Positions 1 to 13,400 of a stretch of 64,000 nucleotides of DNA are shown piece by piece. A program made the translations under genes and the position numbers. This DNA is from Adineta vaga (lineage: Eukaryota > Animalia > Rotifera), in NCBI GenBank assembly GCA_021613535.1, contig CP075495.1, forward strand, positions 11,284,001 through 11,348,000, given 5' to 3'. The notes beneath the pieces were generated by a model. That model did no database searches and had not been told where the DNA came from. It was given only the letters and a program-made list of their open reading frames with translations. The first letter of the stretch is position 1; every line of letters begins with the position of its first letter.

Positions 1-323
1 TAATTGTTTATCATAATGTGTTGCACATGGACATTCATTTCGAAAGATCATATGACGATCAGCTGATGAAGATCGTGTATTTAAACTATATTGACTATCA
101 AGTTGTACGAATTGATTTTGTTTCTTTTTATCGTTTTTAGACTTATTTGATTTTCTTGAATTGTGAAGAACTTCATCCAATGGATTGCCTTCATCATCAC
201 TAACTGTAGCTATCTAAATAATTCAAATGAAAAATAAGTTCGACAATGATTCGCTATTGAAGCGAAAGAAACAAATCTCACATTTCGTTTTGATTTTACA
301 CGTTTCTTTATTGAAAAAGCCAT
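1..323 (-). CDS. 5' part of an unknown protein gene, truncated by the window edge
   Basis: Putative exon 323-300 (MAFSIKKR, phase-0 GT donor), then TTTAG acceptor and exon 213-1, open for 71 codons (IATVSDDEGNPLDEVLH...NECPCATHYDKQL). No family recognised. Confidence 0.5.
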
Positions 324-951
324 GTTGTTGAAAAACAAATTCTATTTGTTTGCTAGGCTGCTTGTTATTCAACAGATATTCACATACACCAGTGCTCACT
401 CTTTTATACGAGACTTCTTTTATTTCCCTACTCTCCGTTCTTTTTCGTCGTCAATAGTAAGAAGAGAAAAGAAGAAAAAAAGAAAGAGAGGTAGAAAATG
501 TCGCTAAGCGTGTCATACAACGATTGTATTCGAAATATTTTATAGAATAAAATAAAAGGAAATCAATTTCTATCGAATAGAATATATAAAATAAATATGT
601 ATCATATTGATTGTTTGATATGCGACTGTCATGGAGAAGTTTTCTGGTTATAGTTAGTTAATGAATTTATATGAATGAAGTAAAAGATTCATAGTAGATG
701 CTCTATAGATGTTATGTAAAATTTGAAATGTTGCAAGAATAAGTATTGTCGCACTCTTTTAACTCTTAGAAAAAGAAACTCAAGGTTATATTGTTCCCGA
801 TTTCCATATTATTTTATAGAAACAATGATAGAAAAACAGAACACACAAAGATTATTGTTATTCTTAGAGTATTTTCATTCCGTACCTTAAAAATCATACA
901 TAAAAACATATATGAATATTCAAGTTTTTTCTCTCTCTCTCGTAAGTAATT

Positions 952-2515
952 CTATTTGAGTGTATTCAACAGATTCCATATTTTTTGACGCATAACACTT
1001 GTCGCACCATTATAATTATTTGTTATAATTGAAAAAACCTGGTCATTAATATACCCAGAATACGAGAGTACATTACTAATGAAACCACTTTTCATTCGAA
1101 TTCCATTTATTATTGGCAATGCACGTTCAAACGATGAAAACCATGATGCACGTTCTCGAACATTATGTAGAACACGAACGATTGCCCATGTTGTTATACG
1201 ATTTTGTGGCGATAAACCTGATCCATCTCTAGTAGCAACTGCTGTTGGTTCAATACCATGTTCACTATTACAGTATGTCGGTAGAACACGATTCATACTT
1301 GTATTCATCATATTAGCAATAGTTTTTATCAACACCTCACCATACATATTGATGCTTATTTGTTCAAACCAATAGACTATCTCACTCATCGGTGGTGATT
1401 CATATACATCGAGCATTATTCGGTTATTAGTTACGCCTTCATTAGTACGATAGCTAATTTTAATTGGCATGGATTTTGACCATTGCATACTTTGACGAAG
1501 TTCATCAGCAATGAATAATGCTGAATTCGGTACAGCACCTCCAATAGAGAAATTTTGTGGGGAATCAATACCTAAAGATCCACGTAAATAACCATGATTA
1601 CTATCAGGACCTAAATAAACATCAGCAAGATCTCCGCTACCAACAGAACCCGTGATCAGCTCATTTGTAAATGTTACTGATGGTGGTAAATTTTGATAGC
1701 CAACAAGAGTAACAGGACTTCCAACAGTTGAGCCGGGTGAAAGAAAAAGACGAAATTGATTTTCTCTCCAGTTCAGTGCACTACTGCCAGCTGCATAATA
1801 GTTTCTAAAATAAAATGCATTCTGTTAAAAACGACATAGCATTAAATTAGTTTTTTTACCCTAAGCCACCCCATGGATATCCATCCGGTACCGATTGTGT
1901 TTGGCCTGGCCACACACTTAGATCTACAATGATACCTCGACATTCTTTAATTCCTTTCCTTCTTATAGCATTTAGCCAACGTTCCATGATAATTTCACCT
2001 TTCGTCTCATTCCATCGCCAACTTCCTAAACTAGGATCACCACTTCCTATACATTCACAAAATATAAATCTTTCTCAAATCATCACTTCTATAAAAGAAT
2101 TCTTTCTCACCGACAATATAGATATAGCCATTGAGAATACCAAGTGAGTTAATATTACCTGAATATTGTAATAAAGTTTTGTATCGGTAATCCGTTCCCA
2201 AGTAATGGAGAGCAGCTGCGCCAGTCACACTTTTCATTGTTGACGCTGGTGAAAGTCCGAGATCTTTATTAAATGAAAATGTAATACTGCCAGTTGAGTT
2301 ATCAAAAATCGTTATTGAATAGGCTGCATTGAACAATTGCGGATCTTGCGTAAAATTTGTCCAGACGGCTGTGAAATTTAAATTTTCGATGGCATGTGTG
2401 CATCGTTGAATAAAAGACAGCGCAATAATAATAGTAAGAAATTGTATCTGAATATCAGTTCTATAAAATCTTTCTTGTTAGGATATCTTTTACTTACCTT
2501 CAGTCTTGATCCCAT
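952..2515 (-). CDS. dacB: Secreted D-Ala-D-Ala carboxypeptidase/endopeptidase (PBP4/DacB, peptidase S13), copy A, ~464 aa
   Basis: Exons 2515-2498, 2447-2111, 2046-1860 and 1804-952 join in frame via GT-AG introns. Signal-like N-terminus (MGSRLKIQFLTIIIALSFIQRCTHA); SxxK (PASTMK), GSGDPSLGS, SxN (SINMYGE), DGSGLSPQN and KSG motifs. Confidence 0.92.
1914..2219. repeat. 306-bp near-identical direct repeat, copy 1 (copy 2 at 3809-4114)
   Basis: By eye identical at offset 1895 except 2108 C / 4003 T. Spans intron 2 of both dacB paralogs. Confidence 0.9.
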
Positions 2516-2849
2516 CGTCAAATATAACGAATGAAATCATCACATAAAAATATGATGCAGTTTTGTAATCTCTTATCGAAATCATTTATTTGCTTATAAC
2601 AAAGGCCATACAAATCTTATACTTGTCAATATTGTGAGAATGCTAAGACTATATATTATTGCGTTTGATAAAAGAAAACCAAAAGAAGTATTACTTTGAT
2701 CTAGTTATCACTATGCGTTTATTAAAATATATATCGATAGAAATATGAAAACTCTTATGTTCTTTTTTCTTCACAACATAAATGGGAATATTACATCAAT
2801 GTAAATTTTATGTACATGTATATTGAACTTCTGATAGTACTTTTAAAAA

Positions 2850-4419
2850 CTAGTTGAGTTTATCTAATAGGTCAAATATTTTTTGTCGCATAAGATTTCG
2901 TTGTCCATTAAAATTATTAGTAATGATTGAAAATACTTGATTATTAACATAGCCAGCGTATGAAAGGGCGTTATGAATATATCCACTTTTCATACGAATT
3001 CCATTGATAGTTGGTAATGCACGTTCAAATATTGGAAACCATGATGCATACTTTCGCACATTATACAAAACACGTGCGATTGCTCGAGTTGTGATGTGAT
3101 TTTCCGGTGATAAACCTGATCCATCTATGGTTGCTACTTCTGCCTGTACAATACCATGTTCTTTTTCGCAATATGTTGGTAATATTCTATCGATACTGGA
3201 GTTTATTTCATGAGCAATCGTTTTTACTAATACTTCACCATACATGTTAATGCTTACTTGTTCAAACCAATAGACTATCTCACTCATCGGTGGTGATTCA
3301 TACAAATCGAGTAGTATTCGATTACTGGTTACATCTTCATTAGTACGATAGATAGTTTTAATTGGCATAGATTTTGACCATTGCATACTTTGACGAAGTT
3401 CGTCACCGATATACAATCCTGAATTCGGTATAGCACCTCCAATAGAGAAATTTTTCGCTGTATCGATGCTTAATGTACCACGTAAATAACCATGTGTACC
3501 ATCAGGTGCTAAATATAAATTTGTACGATCTCCGGTACCTGTAGGACCAGTTACGATTTCATTAATTAATTCTACTGTTGGAGGTGAACGATCAACGTAA
3601 ACAAGAGTAACAGAACTTCCAACAGTTGGGCCGGGTGAAAGAAAAAGACGAAATTGATTTTCACGCCAGTTTACTGCACTATAACCCGTGCCATAATGAT
3701 TTCTGTATAGATGTAACAATACAATATTAAAAACAAATAGGTTTTGGAGCTCACCCTAGATCTCCCCATGGATATCCACTTGGTATTGTTTGTGTTTGAC
3801 CTGACCATACACTTAGATCTACAATGATACCTCGACATTCTTTAATTCCTTTCCTTCTTATAGCATTTAGCCAACGTTCCATGATAATTTCACCTTTCGT
3901 CTCATTCCATCGCCAACTTCCTAAACTAGGATCACCACTTCCTATACATTCACAAAATATAAATCTTTCTCAAATCATCACTTCTATAAAAGAATTCTTT
4001 CTTACCGACAATATAGATATAGCCATTGAGAATACCAAGTGAGTTAATATTACCTGAATATTGTAATAAAGTTTTGTATCGGTAATCCGTTCCCAAGTAA
4101 TGGAGAGCAGCTGCACCTGTTACAGTTTTTAGAGTCGATGCAGGTGCAAGACCGAGATTTTCATTGTAGGAAAATATACTATTGCCAGTTGAATTATCAA
4201 GAATAGTAATTGAAAATGTAGCATATGATAATTGAGGATCCTGTGTAAAATTAATCCATGCGGCTGAAAAGTTCGTATTTACTGCAGCATACGTCTGATA
4301 TTCAATAAATAGAGTATTGACAAGAATGAAAAGAATTTTCTAGAAAGCAAAGAGAGATCTTTTAATATATAAACTGATTTCTGAAAGTTTCGTTTCTTTA
4401 CCATTGCATATTGCTCCAT
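2850..4419 (-). CDS. dacB: Secreted D-Ala-D-Ala carboxypeptidase/endopeptidase (PBP4/DacB, peptidase S13), copy B, ~463 aa
   Basis: Exons 4419-4402, 4339-4006, 3941-3755 and 3702-2850, with the same three intron positions as copy A. Motifs PASTLK, SINMYGE, DGSGLSPEN and RMKSGY. Confidence 0.92.
3809..4114. repeat. 306-bp near-identical direct repeat, copy 2
   Basis: Matches 1914-2219. The shadow ORFs 1929-2147 and 3824-4042 translate identically. Confidence 0.9.
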
Positions 4420-4939
4420 TCGTATTGAATAATGTTGATATAGACACCTCGCTTGAAAGAAAGTTTTCTATTCTTTTTCTTATCAAGTGTACATATGATA
4501 AAGATTATTGAAAAGAGGCAAACGGATTAAATCATACTGAATAAATATCACCTGGTCACCTAAAACATGTAGGAAAGCAAATACTACTCTCCTTTTCTTT
4601 CACTCACTCATTCTTTGTTTTTCTTCATACACTCAGTAAAATATCGAATTGTTTTCAATCTATTTTTTTTCCATATTTACTTTGGAATTTCTCGCGACCA
4701 TTTACATTCATTTGTATATATATATATAGATAAGTGGACATGATCTTTTTATTTTTATTGCCAGTGTGAAAAGAGTTATACGTTTATGTTCAGTCTAGTC
4801 TCCTACTAACGAATGTTTAACAAGAAAATTATCCATTAAAGTGGTATCATATGACTTTATTTATCAAGAACATCACAAATGATCACCATTAACAAAAGAA
4901 AAACTATATAGCAGAATAATTTTAATAAAAACACATTTT

Positions 4940-6786
4940 TCAGACTAATTTCAAAGTTGATTTTTTTTCTGTATTCTCATCTAGAGAATTTGGCGCATTT
5001 TGAACATATGTATATGATTGAACGTTTTGTTGATGTTGTCTTTGAGCATAAACAGCTTCACGAAAGAAACGAAATACATTGGAATCTGTATGACCAATTG
5101 TAAAAGCTGAATGTTGGATTAAAAATCGCATACTAACAAGAAATTGTTCAAAGCCAATTCGATGAAATGGATCAAAACATTGTTGTGGTGCTAAGACATT
5201 GTAGAGAATATCTCTTCCACGTAGATGTTCTCGTGCATATGGCTCATCTTTACCTTTCGAATTTGGATCTGCATAATCTCGAAATGATTGCATAACAGAT
5301 GTATCATCTGTCATTATAAAAATATAGTCAAATTTTTTCTTTTGACGCTGTTCTTCGTCAACAATGCCTTTAACATATAAGGAGAGATTACGCCAATGTT
5401 GATGTTTAGCCCAAAATGAATCTTCACTTGATTTATCACCTCGACGAATATATAAGCCAGCCAGTTTATCAAATACATTTTTATTCGACGAAATCGTATG
5501 TTTATCCGTTAAATAACTTGACCAATATTGAGCTAATACGCGTGTACCAAATTCAATACGTGGTGCATTTTGTGAACCAAAAAATAATACAAACATATAA
5601 CGAAGAAACGAACCAAAAACATAATCTTGCCAAGTTAATTTGTAATTTTTTTTTGTTACTAAGAGATCCGAAGAAAATGCATCAGGTTTATTCGTATTAA
5701 CCCATTCACCAATCGGAACATCTTTGGCACCTTTTGGAGCATAAATATGTTCATCAGAATGATCAGTGAGGATTTTAAAAGAAGAATCATAAGCAACCGA
5801 TGTTTTTTTTCGATCAAATAACCATTTTCGTATCGGTACATGATGATAGTCCATTTTCCAGAATTCGCTCGACGATAAAACACGATCTTCTGTATTATTT
5901 CTATTTTCCCACAAACCCTTGGTTGTTGCAATTTGTATTGCATTATTTTCTGTGTCAATAAGGTTTTTCATACTGATCATTTCAGGTTCGTTTTCGTATG
6001 CTGAACAAATTGAAATCGGAAGAAAATAACGTTTGATACCTTCACTTAAGAAATCGTCTTTTTCACCACGTTCACTACTGAATCGAGTACCACGTGGTAC
6101 ACCAATACGTGAACTATACAGTGTCTGACCGAATTGAGCAATAAAGCAAAGAACACGACTAAAGAATCCTGACCAATGTTGATGTAAAACAAACATAGAT
6201 CGTGCACGACAAATTTTTAATATTTCTTCTTTCTTCATTGATCCATGTTGGATTTCATCAACATGTGGAAATTGTTTTTCCGAAAGATATTTTAGCATTT
6301 CATCTTCAGCAATTTTATTCCATCGAATATCACCTTGTTCATCAAGCCAGAGAATAGGAGCATTTGACTGACGAAATGTTTGTTCATTATATGTTAAAGT
6401 TTCACTTATGTATTCACGTTTCACTCTCGATTTAACAAGTTCAGTAGGAGAAATCCTAGAATAATCAAATAACTTTCAATAAATTAGAGTTTAATATTCT
6501 GTAGAAAAATACATTGAATTGAAGTTAGTCTTAAAATGAAAAATATTTTCACTTACCTCACTGTACGAAATTGCAATTCAATAAGTTCATCGTACATTGG
6601 GGTATCTTTGAGTGGTAATGATGAAGTTGTTAATCGTTCATCTTTTATTGATGAAGAAGGATATACTCTATCGTCTGTAAGATATGGTTGATCGGCTGAA
6701 GAGGCCCATTTTCGGAATATATAGATGATAACTAGTGTACCAACTAGAAATGTAAAACCTCGAATAGCTGAGACACGAATGAGCAT
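4940..6786 (-). CDS. Type II membrane GDP-fucose-dependent fucosyltransferase (GT23/FUT8-NodZ-like clan), ~581 aa
   Basis: Exons 6786-6557 and 6455-4940. N-terminal TM (GFTFLVGTLVIIYIF); motif I GLYIRRGDK, motif II IFIMTDD, motif III SAFTIGHTDSNVFR. Confidence 0.75.
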
Positions 6787-7865
6787 GATGTTTTTGTATA
6801 GGAACCACCTACAAAAGAAAATGGCAAGAAAAGTTTACTTTATTTTTTAACTATTCTGCCATGTTACACATAATTTAAAAAGAGAAGAAAGAGAACGTCT
6901 ATTTCTATTTCTCCTTCGTCAGCATTGGTACCGTATGATGGATATAGAAAGAACAGAACAGAAAGAAGAATTCAGATCAACATGGCAACAGTAAAAAGAG
7001 TTATTGACAATTCATACAACACCAATAGAATTTCTTAACAAAGATCATGATTGATTGAATATGAGATGACATTTGTTGGATTATAGACTGTGAAAAAGAA
7101 ATTTTTATTGTCCACAATTATTAAATAGAAAGGTTTTACTATTTTTTGCGTTCACATATGTTAATTACGACAATAAACGTTGTTTTTCTCTTTCCGTGTT
7201 ATAAGTTTATTTCCTTCCTTTTCTACTTACAAAGAAATGATGAAATACAGAATGGTGCCTTTACTTCATATCTATCTGCATTGCTCTGTAGTAAAGTGTA
7301 TTTGATTGTCACATAAATATATTTTCCAAAAACAAAAAAGAAGAAAGAATTATCTTTTCTATTTGTATTCTATGTGAAAATGGAATTGCGTAACGAGAGT
7401 TGATTAACTAAATAACTATAATTTCGTATTTGTACAAGAGTTCTTTTTTGTCACATAATGTACCTAGCATTGGAACTAATGTTCAAGATATTTGAAATCC
7501 ATATCTTATAATGAGACTTCAATCCATTGACAATCGACTAAATATTCTCGCAGAAGAAATCACTAGTTATCAAATGTGAAATAACAGTTCAGGTCAACAT
7601 CTTTATTGAACAAAAGAAAGAAAAAGATAAATTGATCAAAACAATATCGTGACTTTATATCCATCGGATTTCAGTCAATCTTTCGCATAACAAAGTGAAT
7701 GATTTGCGTTCCATATGATAGGTTTGTTTGTCTTTTTGTATAATATACACAATAAAATCAAGGAAAGAAACAAAATCTAATGTAAGACATAAACACTCAT
7801 GCATACAAGAAATGAAAAAATCTGACAAATAAAGAGGTAGAAAAAAGAAGAGGACGAATCTCAAT

Positions 7866-10483
7866 CTACTGCTCATAAACGAATACTTCACAAAGAACAG
7901 CAGTAAATAGTTTATTCCAACGATCAGTAATACCATCGGCTTCAATATAAACGAAACGGCCACGTAATGGACGTTGACATTGAAAATGAAGACGAGATGA
8001 AGAAGTCAATGCTTGATCAGTACGAGTTATAAAAGAACATAAATTAGCATTTTTGAAACGATATCGACGTGGACGATAATCAACATAGACATTATATCGA
8101 TCTAAATTTGCTAGATAATCACGATAAATCGACGATGACATCGAAGAATTAGTCGCTAAAATATATCAATAAAATTCTCATCTTATACATGTGTGTTAGT
8201 TTTTATTTAATACCTTTATTATTTGCATGCCATGTTCGTAACATGACACCAGCTATATTGGTAACATGACCTAAATCGACCATCCAAATTGGTTTACGAA
8301 CAAAATAATTATCAATTGTTGCACATTTCGACCAATCTAAGGATTCTTCTAAGCCATCAACAGCTAATGATGGATCACCATTGGTTTCTCTTGCACTACG
8401 AAATTTTAATTCACTCGTTCCACTCGATTGATGTTGACGATTTCGATCATTTGTCCAAGTTTGTTTTTTATAAGCCATATTTTCCACTATGAATAGAAAA
8501 AAGTATAAGAACGTTTGTTAAATATTAAGTTCATCTCTTAAATGTTTAGACATAAAAAGTATACTTACCACATTGAGCTTCACTATTAACGCGAAAATAA
8601 CCAGGAAAACAAGCACCTAAGAGAATCCGATATTATAGTGAGTATTTTTCTTTTTTATATAACAATCGATATACCTTGATGTGGACATCCTAGAATGGCT
8701 GCTCGCATACTAACATGATTGTGCCATTCCGTTGGATGTAGACGAACATAACGAGCAAAAAATGGTTCATTAAGAAAATGAATACGTTCACTATCACGAT
8801 CATTATTAGCAGAAAATTCCTAGATAAATAAAATTCATTATCAATATAAATTTCTTTCATATGAACGATTGAAAGAGAACAAACTTTTGGTTCAATTTGT
8901 GATTTATCTTTATAATAAAGCCATAAACGAGTATCATTTGAAAACGAAACTTTATATTTTGTAACCCATTGTTCTTGAGTTGTGTCACCTCGACCTTTCG
9001 TAATCAATGATGTTACTGTCGATGGATGACCCAAATCAAATTCAAGCCATTGATCATGTTCTAAACAATAATGTATAGATATTTAGAAAAACAAACATTT
9101 TCTTCTTTCAAACTAACTATATCGTTTTCTTGAACACCAGCCTTTGTTACTCATTAAATAGCCATCTTCTGGTTGACACGATGCACGACGACGATATGGC
9201 CATGATGTTGATGCACTAATTTTTCCGTATGGTGGTAAACCCAAGTATTGCTTACATTCTAAAATATGTGTTTATAAAAAATAAATTAGATAAAGAAATG
9301 AGTTAGAAATAAGACCTTGACAACCAACAATTTCTACACGTAATGATGGATGCGAATACCATTGAATTGGATGAAATTTAATGAAACGAGCAACGATAGG
9401 TTCGTCAAAATAGTTATGACGAACAGCATATGAGTCAGTATTAGCAGCAAAGACCTAATAAAATAAAATAAAATAAAATGAAACATCATTTTTCTTTATT
9501 CTTAAAGCAGATCAAAAAAATATAAATAGCATTAGTCATCTTTGATACCTGGGATTATATTTTATTTCCCTACGTCGACTAAAGACACCTCAAACTTTAC
9601 AAGGATACTAGATAATATTTTGTTCAAAGTCAAATAAGTCAAGGACAGTGCATCTCAACCATCTGTGTCTTTCGATTGGAGGTCAAAGAAATCAGAAGAA
9701 AATGTTGTACATAAAATTTAATACGTCTTCGTAACTGCTGGTTTTTATGTGCAATACAATTATTTCCGCTTTCTTTTATTGATAGATAATAATGAGAGAT
9801 ACATTTTTTTTCTGTAAGAAACATTTATGTTCGAGTATATGAATTCAAAATGGTGAGCTTTCTGAGTATTAGTATCCATCGAAGGTTCTCTTTCATTCTT
9901 TGATTAATATATATATATACAGCAATCATAAATACTAATTACTAAAACAATTTAAACTAAGAACTATCTTCTCATTATCATATCATACCTTTTGATTTCC
10001 ATATCGATCAACTAAATATTGCCATCGATAGGCATCAGTACTATAAGAGACCATAAAGGATATAACATATTCTTCTTTATTCGCTCGACCTTGAGTTAAT
10101 ACACCTGATATCTACATGAATGAAATATTTTTTTCAAAAAATGACCAATTGATTTTAAAAAGTTTCTTCTACACACTTTCGCTGCAATGCCCAAATCAAT
10201 TTGTAACCATTCTGAATCTGATTTATGTCGTGCACACCAAGCACGATCAGTAGGTTGATATAATCGAGCATTTTTTTCGTGACAATCTGAATCCCAAAGT
10301 GTTGACGATGCTGTTATTTGCCAATCACGTATTTCACCACTGATCATACCCAGTGGACCATTACATACTAAAATAAATCATGATTTTAATTACTGAAATT
10401 AATGTATAACAATTTCATCTACCTTGGGTACTAGCATCAATCGACTGAAACAGAACAATAAAATAGAAACTTAGCCAAATCAT
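7866..10483 (-). CDS. Secreted protein with two discoidin (F5/8 type C) domains and a C-terminal F-type-lectin-like domain; multi-exon
   Basis: Signal peptide MIWLSFYFIVLFQSIDAS. Discoidin motifs CNGPLGMISGEIRDWQITASS, WLQIDLG, LTQGR, LRVEIVGC, then WLEFDLG...MRAAILGC. Lectin-like motifs NMAYKKQT, PSLAVDG, WMVDLG, LRGRFVYI, LCEVFVY. Confidence 0.85.
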
Positions 10484-13400
10484 TTTTAATCTTGAACAGT
10501 ATGTAAAATATTTAAATATCTAAATACAAAAATAAAGATAGAAACAACAAATCATGACTAGACTTCTTTAGTAATTACAGTCAACAAACAACTGGCATAT
10601 GAAATAAAATAAACTTAAAGAAAAGTATAGAGACACTGTAATTAGACACAAGGCGTGTCCAATTTCGATAGAAAAAATAGTGGCATACTGATCAATAGAA
10701 CAACTATTATCATCATTGTCGAGACGTCTGGCAAATGCGAATCGCATTGAGTCCATCGTTTTCTTTCTTTATGTACGTATAAAAAAAAGCACGAGATCTT
10801 TCTTTTTTTGTTTTCAAATATTAGAAGTATCGATTGTCTCTCTAAGGACACAAGCAGAAGAAGGAGAAGAAGAAGAAGAACTGCAAATGTCAGGGTCAAG
10901 GTGAATCGATCTATATTCTCGTCTTTTTTTGTTTGTCCATTCTTTCCAATGCACATGCCGAGTGTCCAATTTCAATTCATCTTAGTACTAATATGAGCAA
11001 CAAGGTTAACAAGACGGCTTTTTTCCTTCATCACTAATCATAGAATTCAATACAATACCTTTCGTTTTAATTTCTATCAAATCTCAACAAATTTTCTTTT
11101 TATTCCTATGAAAATAAAAACAAATCATCTATCATCCATTTATATGTTCGTTCATCACTCGACAAGAGATACATTAGCTAGAATTGATACAATATTCATT
11201 CGATTTCCCTTGATACAATCAATGTATGATCACATTCCGATAATGTTACGAAAAGAAAAAGAATAACATCTAATTCAATCCCAAGAAACATATACAGGTA
11301 GTAAAGTGTCATACAGCTTGCTGTGCCATTATGATCAGAATCGTGTATTCACCAACAAGATTACATCATCAGAATTCAATACAAAATAGAGAGAAAGAGA
11401 GAAAGCGAGGCAACGATATGCATAATCATTAAAGTGAATTATACTATACAAGATGCTTTTAAAAGAAGGCAAGTACATACAAGAAAACGGAGCAAAAGTG
11501 GTTATGAATATGATGAAAAAAATAAATGATAAATTGATTTCAAAATGGACAAAAAAAATGATTTGTTCATATACATATATACATGTATGAATGTATAGAT
11601 TTGAATAAAAGATATGTTCATGGCCTTTTTAACGAATTTAAGCTCTTACTTTGTATTTATTATAGATGTTTGAAGGCGGGATAAAAAGACAAGTAGTTTA
11701 GTCTTGATTTTATGCAAAAAAAAACAGATTGTCATCGTAGTTCCTAATCGTCTTATATATTCTCATACGGTCTATTATAAAAAGGTCAATTTTATCTGGT
11801 ATTTGTCACATATTGACCGCCTTCGAGTCTATGTCTCCTACCATCCATATGGTCCATTCGATTTTAAAAGTTAAAAGCTCGTTGACAACATCGGTGATAA
11901 TAGACGACAACGACAGGATAGATCTTTTGATTAATGTAGTAAATGAAGATATACGAAAAGAGAGAAGAAAAGAAAACGACAGACATTATAAAGGGAAGAT
12001 ATATATATGTTTAATGATGATTGTTCACGTAGAATAAGCGAAGAGAAGAGAAAAAAAGGCGAGATAATTATATAAAAACGAATAATAAGCAGCTACTAGC
12101 GATCTCAGAGACATGCGATTTAGTTATTCAAGGTTAATCATCGAAAGAGATTTGACTTTTATGAATCTTGGCACGTACTTACGTCATTGACTGTACGTTT
12201 GTTATCAGTACAATCACCCGTCATATGAATAGACTTGTTCATAAATTATTTTCGAATCAATGAGGAAGAACCTTGACACATACACTCTTCAACATTTATG
12301 TTTAATACGAAAATGTATTTGAATCTGATCGAAATGAAGAGAAAAAAATTAGATGCGACATTGATCAAGGTAGGCAGTCTCGTATACTACTATGTGCAAT
12401 CATCTTAGCAGAAAAGATGTGAACATAAAATCTCAAGCTGTGTCTATAGAGATGTATAGATTTGAAAGTTCAATTATCGGTTGACGAATATGTATAGAGA
12501 TGGTTCAAAGAAAGAAATCAATGAAGTACAAATGATTATATTTCAAACCAAATGCGAGGTGATGTACCGAAGAAAAAAAGGATATATTTACAATATAGAA
12601 AATAGTTATAGAGTACTCTATGAAATAAAATAACAAAACTTACTTCATAGTTCTTGGTTCTAGTAGAAAATCAATTGAATGAAATATATTAATAATAATA
12701 ATATAGAGAGAGATATGAAACGATGGATACTACTATATAATAATGTGTGAACGTATGTATAGTCTCTTTTCGTATGATTTGCTATGTGAAATGAAAGAGA
12801 ATGAAAGAGATTAGGTTTCTTTCTTTTTCTCCTCCCTTTTCTTTCTCTCTAGAGAAAATAAAGAACGAATATGTTCAATCAGTGATTTGCTTTGCTTACT
12901 ATAGTATAGTATGGCGTCATCAATGTTCTTATAGTGTTAGTGATGACTAGGTCTTCTAAAGTGAGTGGAAGTCATAGTTATACCGATGAGAAATATCAAA
13001 AAAGTATCGATCACTGACAACTTATGATCAAAATAGGCAATGAAAGAAAATGTTAAGTTATACACGATAATATTTGTGTAATCGATTTTTTTCTCTTCAT
13101 GACGATCAATGAATCAGCTATATATTGTATTCATGTGGATCAAACTGTTTTGAACTCTTTTGTTTTCATGTTCAATTAAGAAGAAAACAAGAAAAAAAAT
13201 AAAGACTTAAAGATATGAAAGTATTAAACAAAATAAAATCTTTCATTATGTTATACATTTACAGATAAGTACAACACTTAATGACGACAACGACAAGCGA
13301 TTATTATTGTTGTTGTTCACTTTACTATTGTATTTTATTTTGTGACGACATACTGTTCACTTGGTCATTCAACGCGCTTAAACGATAGTTAAGAGAGAAG

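Noticed and set aside
1079-4042. Plus-strand ORFs 1079-1375, 1929-2147 and 3824-4042
   Set aside because: Antisense shadows of dacB exons; the duplicate translation only reflects the converted tract.
952-4419. Bacterial contamination as the source of the dacB genes
   Set aside because: Both genes need three GT-AG introns to be read, and they match the composition and intron style of adjacent metazoan genes.
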